DNA of 64,000 nucleotides from positions 128,171 to 192,170 of the IMG/VR virus record IMGVR_UViG_3300022872_000001. One strand, written 5' to 3'. The notes beneath the pieces are model-generated. The model did no database searches. It saw only the letters and a program-made list of their open reading frames with translations, and was not told where the DNA came from. The translations under genes and the position numbers were made by a program. Position 1 is the first letter of the stretch; each line of letters begins with the position of its first letter. Positions 28,718 through 37,751 of the stretch are shown piece after piece. The DNA comes from a virus.

Positions 28718-29993
28718 TCAGTTATTAATCCATTTGAGAATCTTATTCTTCATTTCCTGCTTTGCTCTCTTACCTGTGTGTAATTCCCAATCAGGTTTCT
28801 TAGGCGTTGAAAGGATAAAATGAGTAATAGATCCTTTGCGCTCACCTTTAACCTTACTGCTATCCTTATTAGGACGCATTACTAATAGAAGAAAAAGGTA
28901 GCCCGCTTTCACTACAGCCTTACCTTTCGATAATACCACTGGATCTACAGTTGTACCTTTTTCCAAGCCTGCCGTGTACGCACTCTTTACCTCTATATAA
29001 AGCTTTTGGTCATTGTGCCTAATACGTAAATCTGGATAGTAATAGTGCTCTACCTTGTTTTGCGTATAAATAAAATTGCGCATCTTTTCACATACCAGAT
29101 ATTTTACAGGTATCCCCCATTTTAGGAGATAGTGCATTGCCATATCCTCATATCCTTGTACCGAGAAGGTTTTTCCAAAAGCCTCCATGGAATACGTATG
29201 ATGCAATTTCTTTATATGGGCGGCATAGTGTTCCGAATTTTGCATCGGATGCTCTACACCATAATTACGCAAATACGTATCCACCACACGCTTTCGGATA
29301 GTAGGGCTTGAACTTGCATTATCGAACCTGTATCTCTTTTGATTGGTATTTCTTGTCTTCTCTTTTAATACAAAGGACTGCATGGAGTTTTCTGCTCCGT
29401 ATCTTTCCACCATGGTTATTTTGGCTTTCTTCATGGTTTCAGGATCCTGAAACGGTACCCTATACTTACCTTTGGTCCTGGCGAGTACGGTTTGTTCTTT
29501 TTTGCGTTTAACAAGGGAAGATTGGCTAGCGTTCCTGCGTAGTGTTTCGCATCTTAGCTTGAACTTTGGCGGATTGCGCCGGACGCCTGACACCCAATTT
29601 CTTAAGGTTGGTAGCTTCTACCTTCTTCCGAACCTTTGTGGATTGGGTAGGCCACTTACAGCCACGCCTTGCCAGATTAGTTGCTTCTTTCTTCGCACGA
29701 ATTACGGGAGAATTCTGTACACAAGAGGTAGAGCAGTATTCCTTCCAACCTAAATCTAACCTGGCGAAACCCACAGGCCCCTTGCAGGTGACGCAGGTGG
29801 ATCTTGCACTGGGATTAAGGTATTGGTATAGGTGCTCTGCCTTAATAACTGCAACCTTAAATTTCTCCTGTAATTTAACCAGAAGTTTTGGATTGTGCGC
29901 ATCTAAGTATCCGTGAGGTCCGAAGTTCCGAGGTGCTGCCTCACGGATCTTAAGAATCTTCTTGTACAGCTTTTGTTTTTCTACCGTATTCAT
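28718..29993 (-). pseudogene. Frameshifted free-standing homing endonuclease (HEG3)
   Basis: 29526..29993 holds RYG/NxxQ-type repeats and stops at QER*; the next frame continues NASQSS...RYGAENSMQ...YYPDLRI....YIEVKSAYT (PD-(D/E)xK). Confidence 0.7.
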
Positions 29994-30031
29994 AGTAAAC
30001 TCCGTATTTGTTTCCTCATACGTTATTTACT
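29994..30031 (-). promoter_or_regulatory. SD-sequestering hairpin with embedded AGTAAATAA motif
   Basis: AGTAAA-TAA-CGTAT-loop-ATACG-GAG-TTTACT-ATG; GGAG lies within the hairpin 3' arm. Confidence 0.55.
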
Positions 30032-30043
30032 GCTTAGATAATG

Positions 30044-30870
30044 CTAAACTGAGTCCACCCAATCCGTATATTTGAACGTAATTGCCAGAGAAACGATGTT
30101 GGTACTCCCTCCGTCCATTGCGACCTCACCCATAGTCTGCGGATATAGACCAGACAGATTCACCGTACGGACTACCTCAGGTATATCATCATATACGACG
30201 ATCTGGCCAGATACCTTGTATGCGGAAGACAAGGTACCTGAATTATTACGCCATGACCGAATAGCTTCCATCCAGGCACCAAACTTCGCACGGGTACCCC
30301 AGTCATTTGTTTCCAGGAAACCCATTTGTATGGAATGGGTATAAATCTTACGACCTGGGAACGGAACAGTTACACCATGCAAGGCTACGTCCAAATCCTC
30401 GAAGGCAGTACCTGGTAATTCAAGAGTCTGACATTTGAAGGTCAGATCACGTGTATCACTAGAACCTGGAATAGCTGGCAGAAAAAGATCAAAATTCCCA
30501 CTTATGTTCCGCATTAGTCGTTACACCAATGCGCGCCTTTAGGCAGCTCTAGCTTTCACTAGAAGGTCAGACTATATCTTCACCCTGAGTAGCAGGGGCT
30601 TCCTATTTCCCGCCACTTGGCGGTACGGCTTGCGCCTAGTCGTTGAACCTTCCGCTGTTCGCGGCTTGGCTGCTGATTGCCCAATCCTAAAGTTTTTCAA
30701 ACCTTCGCGCTCACCTATATTTCAAGGTCACGCTGTGGTACTTATAGGCTCTAAGGGGTTTCCAGCAATTAAGGAAAATTTTACTGCATCATTACTAATG
30801 CAGGTCGCAGAATTTACGACTGTGCAGGATCAGGTAAACTCTGAATATCAAAAATGCTAGATCGAGCCAT
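30044..30870 (-). CDS. Tail tube protein, spliced: join(30816..30870, 30044..30498), 169 aa
   Basis: SD AAGGAG + MARSSIFDIQSLPDPAQS-T|GG-NFDLFLPAIPG...LPG...FPGRKIY...VNLSGLYP; 55+455 nt restores the frame; T4 gp19-like motifs; downstream of the sheath. Confidence 0.88.
30499..30815 (-). ncRNA. Group I intron, ORF-less, 317 nt
   Basis: P AATTGCTGGAAA (30759-70), Q GCAATCAGCAGCCAAG (30665-80), R GGTTCAACGACTAG (30636-49), S GAAGATATAGTCTG (30568-81); P1 CAGUCGU/GCGAC(C)UG with U.G at the 5' site; P10 AAAUUCU/GGAAUUU; terminal G. Confidence 0.93.
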
Positions 30871-30882
30871 ACTAGAACTCCT

Positions 30883-32112
30883 TTAATTAGTTAATATATT
30901 CTGAATAAAATTGTTCACACAGCCTCTAATGCTACTGGGTTTTTCCAGATACCAATTAGAAGCTAGGAAGAGAAACGCATCTTGTTTCTTCCTTTTGATG
31001 TGAATAATCCAACGTACTTTGTTACCACTGTCGCAGGCAATTTGGGCCTTCCTTCTATTGGTTTTTAGATCGCCTTCACCACGCCCTCCTATGTCAGTTT
31101 TACCCCGTCCCATAAATGTCCAAGGGCTTTTGCATTCAATAAACGTATCTAAGGAATGTATATAGAAATCCGGAAATGTACGCATTTCGGAAAATGCGTA
31201 GTCTGGGAAATCTTCACTAAATTCCGTAGATATATCTTTAGCCCCATATTTTGCTACCAGCCTTTTCAAGACTTCCATAGCAGACAAACCTTGAACTTTA
31301 TACTTACGACCTTCTAGTGTAATCTCGTATATGTGCCGAGATTTACTCATTGCCTTGAGGAAGAATTTCGGAATCTGCATGGCGTAAGCTTCTCCATACA
31401 CACGTTTCAAGGTCTCTTGGCCTTTAGCGCGTATGCTTGAATTACTTAGTAAATAATCAGTACCGTATTTCTTTCTATTTGTAGAGCGCACTTTAGACAA
31501 AATCTTTTCTTGCCAGTTATCTCCATATTTCCGTTGCAAGGTTACCCGTCGCTTTTCTATCGATGCAGGACGTTGCATACCATTAGTAATTCCTTCGCTA
31601 GCCATTAATTTGGCAGCACGTTTACCGCAGATGTCCCGCTTAGGATCTTTCCACGCGATCTTATTTTTCTCGCTAATATGCGCTCTTTTGAGATCTGATA
31701 CTTTCTTTGCATGGCTTATACCGCAATTAGAGCAGGTGCAAACTTTAGAATAAGCAAATTGCTCTTTACATATAACGCAAAATCTACTTTCGATGGCGGC
31801 TGAAACGTGGCGACTAAACCCACCAAGCATACGCGGGTTACTACCAAAGAAAACAAATTTTCTGTAAAGGATTTTATTATTATAAAGCTCGCGAAAGAAT
31901 ACTTCACTCAAACTTTTCATGTTGACATGCGAGGCAGACAGCTTACAGAAAAGTTTCTTTATATAAAGCGCGTCCGATTTATTCCATTCATTACGATTAA
32001 ATCTACCGACTACTTTAGGTATAATTTCTACTTTTTCAATTAACGATTTACCCACGCAAGCAGAGTGTAGCGTTATCCTACGACTTTTATTAATCCATTT
32101 ATCTAACTTCAT
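30883..32112 (-). CDS. Free-standing homing endonuclease (HEG2), PD-(D/E)xK type
   Basis: RKYG/RVYG repeats, TFPDFYIHSLDTFIECKSPWT; start at ATG 32112 (SD GGAG); stop overlaps the tube SD. Confidence 0.8.
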   Translation of the reverse strand: MKLDKWINKSRRITLHSACVGKSLIEKVEIIPKVVGRFNRNEWNKSDALYIKKLFCKLSASHVNMKSLSEVFFRELYNNKILYRKFVFFGSNPRMLGGFSRHVSAAIESRFCVICKEQFAYSKVCTCSNCGISHAKKVSDLKRAHISEKNKIAWKDPKRDICGKRAAKLMASEGITNGMQRPASIEKRRVTLQRKYGDNWQEKILSKVRSTNRKKYGTDYLLSNSSIRAKGQETLKRVYGEAYAMQIPKFFLKAMSKSRHIYEITLEGRKYKVQGLSAMEVLKRLVAKYGAKDISTEFSEDFPDYAFSEMRTFPDFYIHSLDTFIECKSPWTFMGRGKTDIGGRGEGDLKTNRRKAQIACDSGNKVRWIIHIKRKKQDAFLFLASNWYLEKPSSIRGCVNNFIQNILTN

Positions 32113-32134
32113 TTTATCTCCACACAGATTGGAT

Positions 32135-32198
32135 GAGTTCGCGCTACTAGAAGCGGTGTGGCGCTTCGGGCTGGCCGGCCTTTTCATAGCTCGAACTC
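32135..32198 (-). ncRNA. Three-way-junction element, copy B
   Basis: GAGUUCG-A-GCUA/UAGC-G-CGAACUC stem; UGAAAA; GGC-CGGCCA-GCC; GAAGCG-CCACAC-CGCUUC; UAG. Confidence 0.55.
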
Positions 32199-32216
32199 AA
32201 AAAAAGGTTTACAGGA

Positions 32217-32279
32217 TCAGTTCCAATTCTGGGCCGGATCAGCTAGGCTCTGGATATCATAAATACTGGATCTTGCCAT
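32217..32279 (-). pseudogene. Truncated duplicate of the tail tube 5' end (MARSSIYDIQSLADPAQNWN*)
   Basis: Own SD AGGAG; 17/20 aa identical to the spliced tube N-terminus; intron-less junction; TGA after codon 20. Confidence 0.8.
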
Positions 32280-32313
32280 TTAAAACTCCTTAATAAATAA
32301 ATCAGTCATTAGG

Positions 32314-32943
32314 TTAAGCCCAAGGTGCATCGACAACTACAATGGATTTATCGATGGTAGCCACAAGGACTCCTAACGGTATAGATACGTATGCTGATTG
32401 CTTGCGAACGAAACCTCGCGACAGTAGAACGTCCTCAAGTTTTAGAGGCAGCAACAATTTATTGTTGGCTGTTACCTCACGCCTGAGACCGCATATCAAA
32501 GCTATACCAGAGGTACCTTCGACAGGATGCATTACGGTGACTTCCCGTTCCTTATCGATGATCGAATTCAGTGCAATTAGTGCATCATGGAATACCGGAA
32601 GGTAATCACCTAGCAGAGTAATTACCACGCCCCACTGGGTGTCTGTCTCTCTAATCAATACAGGCTGAACTCCGCGTTTGCTATAGAACCTGGCATCCTT
32701 CAATTTCGGATCAACCTTCCACCCTAAACCATTGAAGTTTGTGGCTTTGTACCCTAAGGTGTATAGTTCACGAGCCACAGACTCTACCGTACCTTTGGAG
32801 CAGATCGTGTGATCGACCTTATTTATTTGGTATGTCTGATTACGTTTGTTGGTTATGTTGAGATGATTCAGTTCATCACAGAGTTTCTTCGCTCGCTTCT
32901 CCGTTTCATCCCGCGATTTGAATGTCTTGGCTAACTCCTGCAT
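32314..32943 (-). CDS. Hypothetical protein
   Basis: 209 aa; SD GAGGA. Confidence 0.55.
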   Translation of the reverse strand: MQELAKTFKSRDETEKRAKKLCDELNHLNITNKRNQTYQINKVDHTICSKGTVESVARELYTLGYKATNFNGLGWKVDPKLKDARFYSKRGVQPVLIRETDTQWGVVITLLGDYLPVFHDALIALNSIIDKEREVTVMHPVEGTSGIALICGLRREVTANNKLLLPLKLEDVLLSRGFVRKQSAYVSIPLGVLVATIDKSIVVVDAPWA

Positions 32944-32977
32944 TGTTATTCCTCTTTATTGAATTTACAATATAAAA

Positions 32978-35314
32978 TTAGCACATAGATAATTCCCACT
33001 TTAACTTACCGGCATCATAGATACGATGTAAATTAAGCAATTTACAGTTTTCCCACTCGGATAAGGTAGGATCAAATGCGGCAAATGTCTTCGCTAGGTT
33101 CTCACGAGTGGTAGATTGCATCGGTCTAACATCTAAAGAACCAAACCAAACTTTATAACCTGGCTTACTTTCTGACACATTAACGAATCCTAATGTTTCA
33201 TACATATCGCCATTAAACATCTGATTATCTGAATAGCTTATTATCTTTCTAGGATTCATATCCCGAATAAATGCCTTTAGAAGCTTAGATGCCCCGCCTG
33301 GGACTCTTGTTGAGGTAACGTAACGAGTTAATTCGTAAACATCCTTAACCTTTTTAGATCCTCTATTTGACCTTGTAGTATCGAAGATCATGCAAGCAAC
33401 TACTTCGCCTTCGTAGACAAGGCAATAGGCTTTACCTGTTCTAGGGGAGCCTTGTATATGGTTATTATCAACTAGAGCCTTGACGTCAGATACATTCTTA
33501 ATCTCTATGGAACACTTACGCGCAAATACAGACGCTTTACTCATTCCCAACGTATTACCTATTAGCTGGCGAATTACTCTTTTACCTCTATGCGTTCTCC
33601 ATATGTAGTCCCATACAGTAATCAAACGCCACCCTTTACTCTTAGCCTTCTTAACTCTGTCCTTAATCAGTGATGCTGCCGTAGCCTTATCCCTAGTTGC
33701 AGTTGAATCAAAATAAAGTGTTCTTAGATCTATAGCTACCCTATACTTAGAGTAATAAACGCAGTGATTTTTTACATAAAAGGAAGGATCAATACTTGAA
33801 AGATAACCAGTAACAGAATCCTCAAAATTCTTGCGTAGGGTTTCCCCAAACTGCAAATAGTGATTGAAGGTAATATGGGAAGGAAGATTATTACTCAACC
33901 ACCATTTACCTTTTAACTGGACCCAATTCTTTTCAATCCTAACAAACCAAATACACTTTCCTCTATTTGCTTTGGCTTTCTCTAGAGAGGATTTGAGGTT
34001 GTTAGGTCCTAGTAACGTCCAAAGAGATTTGCATTCTATAAATGTGTCTAGGGATTTAATGTAAAAGTCAGGTATACCGTTAATACCTAGTCTGCGCCTA
34101 GCTTTCTTGGCAACTAAATCGAAACTAGAATACACATTCTTTAGGCCAAATTTTTCTACCAGTTTATATAACAGCTCTTCCTCGTAGCTACCTTGGACTT
34201 GGATAGTCCTACCATCAATAACAATCTGTCTAAATGATAAAGACTTCTTTAATCCTTTTAAAGCTTGCTCTGGGTTTTTATTAGGCTGCTCGTAACCGTA
34301 TATTTTTAGCCAGGTAGCTTTGCACTTATCCATAATTTCTGGATTCTGGGTAGGTGTAGGAAAACCGTACAGCCTAATGCAAGTAGCCTCAATTTGTTTA
34401 CGCAAAGAAGGTGAACCCTTCGCTACACCCCCATACCTTTTAAAAGAGGTTACAGCTACCTTGGCTTTAATTGCCTTTGATTGCATGGGGTGTTCTACAC
34501 CATATCTCTCAAGGCTTGTATTAATTCTACGCTGGATACTATTCGGGTTTTTACTATTATGTGTAAAGCCCGTACGGTCGAAATATGTTTTACAGCTCTT
34601 AGCAGTGCGTAGCTTAATATCCTCAGCAGATTTACTACGCCAAGCATCGCTTTTCTTCTTCTGGATACTAAGTTTTTCTTCTAAAGATTTATTCCTCCAA
34701 GTTTTACTAGCCTTATTACTAACTGCGGCACATTGCATAGGATTTTCAGCACCGTATCTTGCAAGATTAGTTTTCTTTTTCTTTTGACGTGTCTTTTCTT
34801 TTTGTTCTTCCGTCCGAGATTTAAACTTAACTGCTCCCTTGGAAGATATATCAGGATTCTGCGCAGCTCGTTCTACTCCATACCTAGCAAGATTTGTTGC
34901 TACTAGAGATTTATCCCTAATCTCGTACCTAATCCTATGTGCTTTATTAGGAGTTCGCAAGTCACATAGAGAGCATACGGTCTTGTGCGTAAACTGCTCT
35001 TTGCAGCACGGACATATTTTCTTGTTCAGTAAAGAAAGTAGTGTTAATTTGTTATCTACGTCTTTAGCATTTCCTGATGTAAGATACGAAACCTTTTTCC
35101 ATAATTTCCTATGGTTGGTATACAATTCACCTAGTAATTGAGATGCCCAGAATCTACCTTTAGGGTTAGTAAGATTTTTATGCAGGGTTTTAACCTGCTT
35201 TCTATCGTCAGAAGTAAACTCCGACAGGTTGAATTTCCCGGTGACTTTCGCAACTTTTAATAATCTGTCTTCTGAGGAATACTTACTTAATTTAGGGTGA
35301 TTTAAAACTCGCAT
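32978..35314 (-). CDS. Large multidomain homing endonuclease (HEG1)
   Basis: Several T.L.RYG..NP.Q repeats, IPDFYIKSLDTFIECKSLWT, eroded Vsr-like segment, Hef-like C-terminus (FARKC...NHIQG...ELTRY...GGASKLL..F...SYSD...G.MY..LGF); AT-rich; SD AGGAG. Confidence 0.8.
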   Translation of the reverse strand: MRVLNHPKLSKYSSEDRLLKVAKVTGKFNLSEFTSDDRKQVKTLHKNLTNPKGRFWASQLLGELYTNHRKLWKKVSYLTSGNAKDVDNKLTLLSLLNKKICPCCKEQFTHKTVCSLCDLRTPNKAHRIRYEIRDKSLVATNLARYGVERAAQNPDISSKGAVKFKSRTEEQKEKTRQKKKKTNLARYGAENPMQCAAVSNKASKTWRNKSLEEKLSIQKKKSDAWRSKSAEDIKLRTAKSCKTYFDRTGFTHNSKNPNSIQRRINTSLERYGVEHPMQSKAIKAKVAVTSFKRYGGVAKGSPSLRKQIEATCIRLYGFPTPTQNPEIMDKCKATWLKIYGYEQPNKNPEQALKGLKKSLSFRQIVIDGRTIQVQGSYEEELLYKLVEKFGLKNVYSSFDLVAKKARRRLGINGIPDFYIKSLDTFIECKSLWTLLGPNNLKSSLEKAKANRGKCIWFVRIEKNWVQLKGKWWLSNNLPSHITFNHYLQFGETLRKNFEDSVTGYLSSIDPSFYVKNHCVYYSKYRVAIDLRTLYFDSTATRDKATAASLIKDRVKKAKSKGWRLITVWDYIWRTHRGKRVIRQLIGNTLGMSKASVFARKCSIEIKNVSDVKALVDNNHIQGSPRTGKAYCLVYEGEVVACMIFDTTRSNRGSKKVKDVYELTRYVTSTRVPGGASKLLKAFIRDMNPRKIISYSDNQMFNGDMYETLGFVNVSESKPGYKVWFGSLDVRPMQSTTRENLAKTFAAFDPTLSEWENCKLLNLHRIYDAGKLKWELSMC

Positions 35315-35343
35315 ATTCGTCTCCTGTTTAGTGGAGTAAAAGG

Positions 35344-35410
35344 CACCATAGGTATTCTAGGGTAGCTAAACCTACCCAAAGCTGGCCGGCTCTTTCAAAT
35401 ACCTATGGTG
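35344..35410 (-). ncRNA. Three-way-junction element, copy A
   Basis: 13-bp CACCAUAGGUAUU/AAUACCUAUGGUG; UGAA; AGAGC-CGGCCA-GCUUU; GGGUAG-GUUUAG-CUACCC; UAG. Confidence 0.55.
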
Positions 35411-35419
35411 GGTACTACT

Positions 35420-35428
35420 TTATTTACT
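35420..35428 (-). promoter_or_regulatory. AGTAAATAA putative promoter
   Basis: Directly after the sheath stop, before element A and HEG1. Confidence 0.4.
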
Positions 35429-37397
35429 AGCTGGTAGATCCTGCTACACTGGCTAATGTTTCACTAAAGCTCACCCCCTGCTTACTAATCACCATTTGAA
35501 GCTGTATTTCATGAATCGGTAAAGTAGGAACGATGACAACAGTGACTACTCGGATTGCAGAATTGATATACGCCGAAGGATTGTTGCTCGAATCACTAAC
35601 AACCTTGAACGATGTAATCCCTCGCGCATTTTGAATCGCTTGCAGGTAGTCGGTGCAGGAACCTACAATCTGGCGACCTGTGAAGTCATCATTTGGTTCC
35701 TGTAATGAATACATCAAGAACTTGGAAATCGATGTCTTCATTACGTTGACGATACGCCGCACCGACAACCAGGACAACGCAGACTGTTGAGCAGCTAGAG
35801 TCTGTTGTTCCCACAGTGCAATGCCTTGACCAATGAAGGTACGCGTGTAGTTAACCTGTGCCGCAAACAATGCATTTGCTTCGCCACCATCGAATGTATA
35901 TCTCGATTTAACCACATTTACCAAACCGCGGTTCAAACCTGCAATAGAGAACGAAGGGTTAGCTACACGGTCAGTACGGGCACACAAGGCAGCAGCCCAA
36001 CCTGAGAATGGAATATACAACTGCTTACCGTTGATATTGTCATTCTCATAGACGTCAGGATTGAACAGTGCCGAGTAGGTAGAGTTCAGGTTCAATGTCA
36101 GATTACGGTAGTTCACCGCAGCCTGCCATTGCTGCGAAACTGAAGGTGTATCCAATACACAGATGCAATCACCCCGCGATTGAGCCAAGGCATCCATAGT
36201 GGTTTGCACATTTGGATCGGCCCGACCTGCGTTGATGATAGTGTTGATCGGATACAGTTGCTTATTGGAGAAAACCGCGTAAGCAGCCGCAATTTGGTAA
36301 TTGGTAGGAGCTGTACCTGAATCCCCACCTGCCATAGTGGATTGGGCTGCCGAGGTAATCGCAGGAATATCCAGCAAGCTAGGCACATTCGAAGTAACCT
36401 GAATGTACTGCGAGAATGGATTAATACGATTTTCCAGATCCGTAGCCTGGCCATTATCGTCTGTACCCAGTTCCAGTGTGCAGCTAAAGCTTTCTCTTGG
36501 ATTTGTTGCAGATACAGTAAGGTCAAATACATTGACGGTAAAGGTTGGATTCGCAGCAGCCAGATCAGCTGTACTTGTTATCGGTTGCTGAGCGATATTC
36601 GGAGTAACCCCACCTGTATCAGTGAAGGTGTATGTGCCTTGACCGATGGTAGTAATTAAACCGAACGTTCCACCCGAAACACGACCGTAGATGTTATAAC
36701 CAGTGGCAGCGCTAACTGCATCCCAAGTTAAGGTGTTGGAGTAGGTAACACCTGAACCTGCAATGGTAATCTGTACAGCACTAGATGCCAGGGTCTCAAC
36801 CAGATTTCCTGTTTGGTTACTGATTGCAGATATCTGATATTCGAAGGTACCTGGTACTAAGGTACCACCTGTACTCGCGCTGACAACTGCCAATCCGGCA
36901 GGAGTATCGATGTTGGAAGAGGTGATTGACAACGCTACATTGTTACCGTAGGAACCCTGTCCCTTACTAGGGTAGAACAAAGCAATTGAATCATTTGCAC
37001 CTGAAGGCAGTAAACCTGCCCAATCCACATCTGTAGGATCTGTAATACCTGCGCTGATAGGTAACAAACCTGTTACCTCGTTAGCACCAGTTCCTGTGCT
37101 ATACATGAGAATGGCTGAATACAGAGCACCTGTGCCTACTACACGCTGCGCCCACATTTGATTGCCTTCACTAAAGAAATCCAGTGCGCAATATACGTCG
37201 AATGAAATAGACGCATTAGGATTACCGAACTCGGTAAGAAAATCATTACCATTCGTGAACTGCAAGGGCTTATCGGAGGTACCTTGTGAACTGACAACCA
37301 ACATGCAAGCTACGGAAGAGGACGCAGACGTAATCACCTGGGACAGGTTGAATTCTTGCACGTAGACGTCGGATGCTTGCGACTGAAGAATAGACAT
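35427..37397 (-). CDS. Tail sheath protein
   Basis: SDVYVQEFNLS, FLTEFGNP, RGDCICVLD, FSIAGLNRG, LSWLSVRRIVN, EPND motifs of contractile-tail sheaths. Confidence 0.92.
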   Translation of the reverse strand: MSILQSQASDVYVQEFNLSQVITSASSSVACMLVVSSQGTSDKPLQFTNGNDFLTEFGNPNASISFDVYCALDFFSEGNQMWAQRVVGTGALYSAILMYSTGTGANEVTGLLPISAGITDPTDVDWAGLLPSGANDSIALFYPSKGQGSYGNNVALSITSSNIDTPAGLAVVSASTGGTLVPGTFEYQISAISNQTGNLVETLASSAVQITIAGSGVTYSNTLTWDAVSAATGYNIYGRVSGGTFGLITTIGQGTYTFTDTGGVTPNIAQQPITSTADLAAANPTFTVNVFDLTVSATNPRESFSCTLELGTDDNGQATDLENRINPFSQYIQVTSNVPSLLDIPAITSAAQSTMAGGDSGTAPTNYQIAAAYAVFSNKQLYPINTIINAGRADPNVQTTMDALAQSRGDCICVLDTPSVSQQWQAAVNYRNLTLNLNSTYSALFNPDVYENDNINGKQLYIPFSGWAAALCARTDRVANPSFSIAGLNRGLVNVVKSRYTFDGGEANALFAAQVNYTRTFIGQGIALWEQQTLAAQQSALSWLSVRRIVNVMKTSISKFLMYSLQEPNDDFTGRQIVGSCTDYLQAIQNARGITSFKVVSDSSNNPSAYINSAIRVVTVVIVPTLPIHEIQLQMVISKQGVSFSETLASVAGSTS

Positions 37398-37407
37398 TTA
37401 TTACTCC

Positions 37408-37695
37408 TTATTCTGCGACAGTCGAGGCTGTGGTTGTGGTGACGGTCGCTTCCTTAGAGGAAGTCGTACTCGAGGTAGATACTGGTGTTACTACAGCTGG
37501 TGTTGCAGGGTGTACGATTACGGCTTTGGGATTGAGTGCAATCCAATTAGGACTCACCGTATAACCTAAGGGTAAATCCACCCGTTTCCTAGGCATGATA
37601 TTAACCGATGTTTTGGTAGCACCGTTAACCACATCCACGTGAAGGTGTTCCTGCGTGCGATTAATTACCAGCTCATAAAGACGTGCTTGAGTCAT
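37408..37695 (-). CDS. Hypothetical protein
   Basis: 95 aa; SD AAGGAG; Thr-rich tail. Confidence 0.6.
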   Translation of the reverse strand: MTQARLYELVINRTQEHLHVDVVNGATKTSVNIMPRKRVDLPLGYTVSPNWIALNPKAVIVHPATPAVVTPVSTSSTTSSKEATVTTTTASTVAE

Positions 37696-37751
37696 AACTT
37701 CTCCTTAATAATGAATCTATATAAAATTCACTGATTGCTTTTTGGTAATTT

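Noticed and set aside
30044-30514. Stand-alone tube ORF starting MRNISG
   Set aside because: The first codons are intron P9 region; no SD; conserved N-terminus is in exon 1.
32113-32187. HEG2 start at ATG 32187
   Set aside because: Lies inside the structured element; the equivalent frame in copy A hits a stop; ATG 32112 has a proper SD.
30499-32224. One long intron containing HEG2, using the upstream tube start (32279) as exon 1
   Set aside because: It gives an in-frame product, but the IGS (GCGACCUG) pairs with CAGUCGU of the proximal exon at 30816, not with CAGAAUU, and the proximal copy has its own SD. The short 317-nt intron fits better.
33864-35141. Plus-strand ORFs inside HEG1 as nested genes
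   Set aside because: Hydrophobic antisense translations of Lys-rich codons; unlike 47770..48429 they show no domain motif or SD.
35344-35410. Three-way junction as hammerhead or HDV-like ribozyme
   Set aside because: Has GAAA but lacks CUGANGA and the NUH site; the GCCGGC resemblance to HDV P1 has no partner strand or nested pseudoknot.
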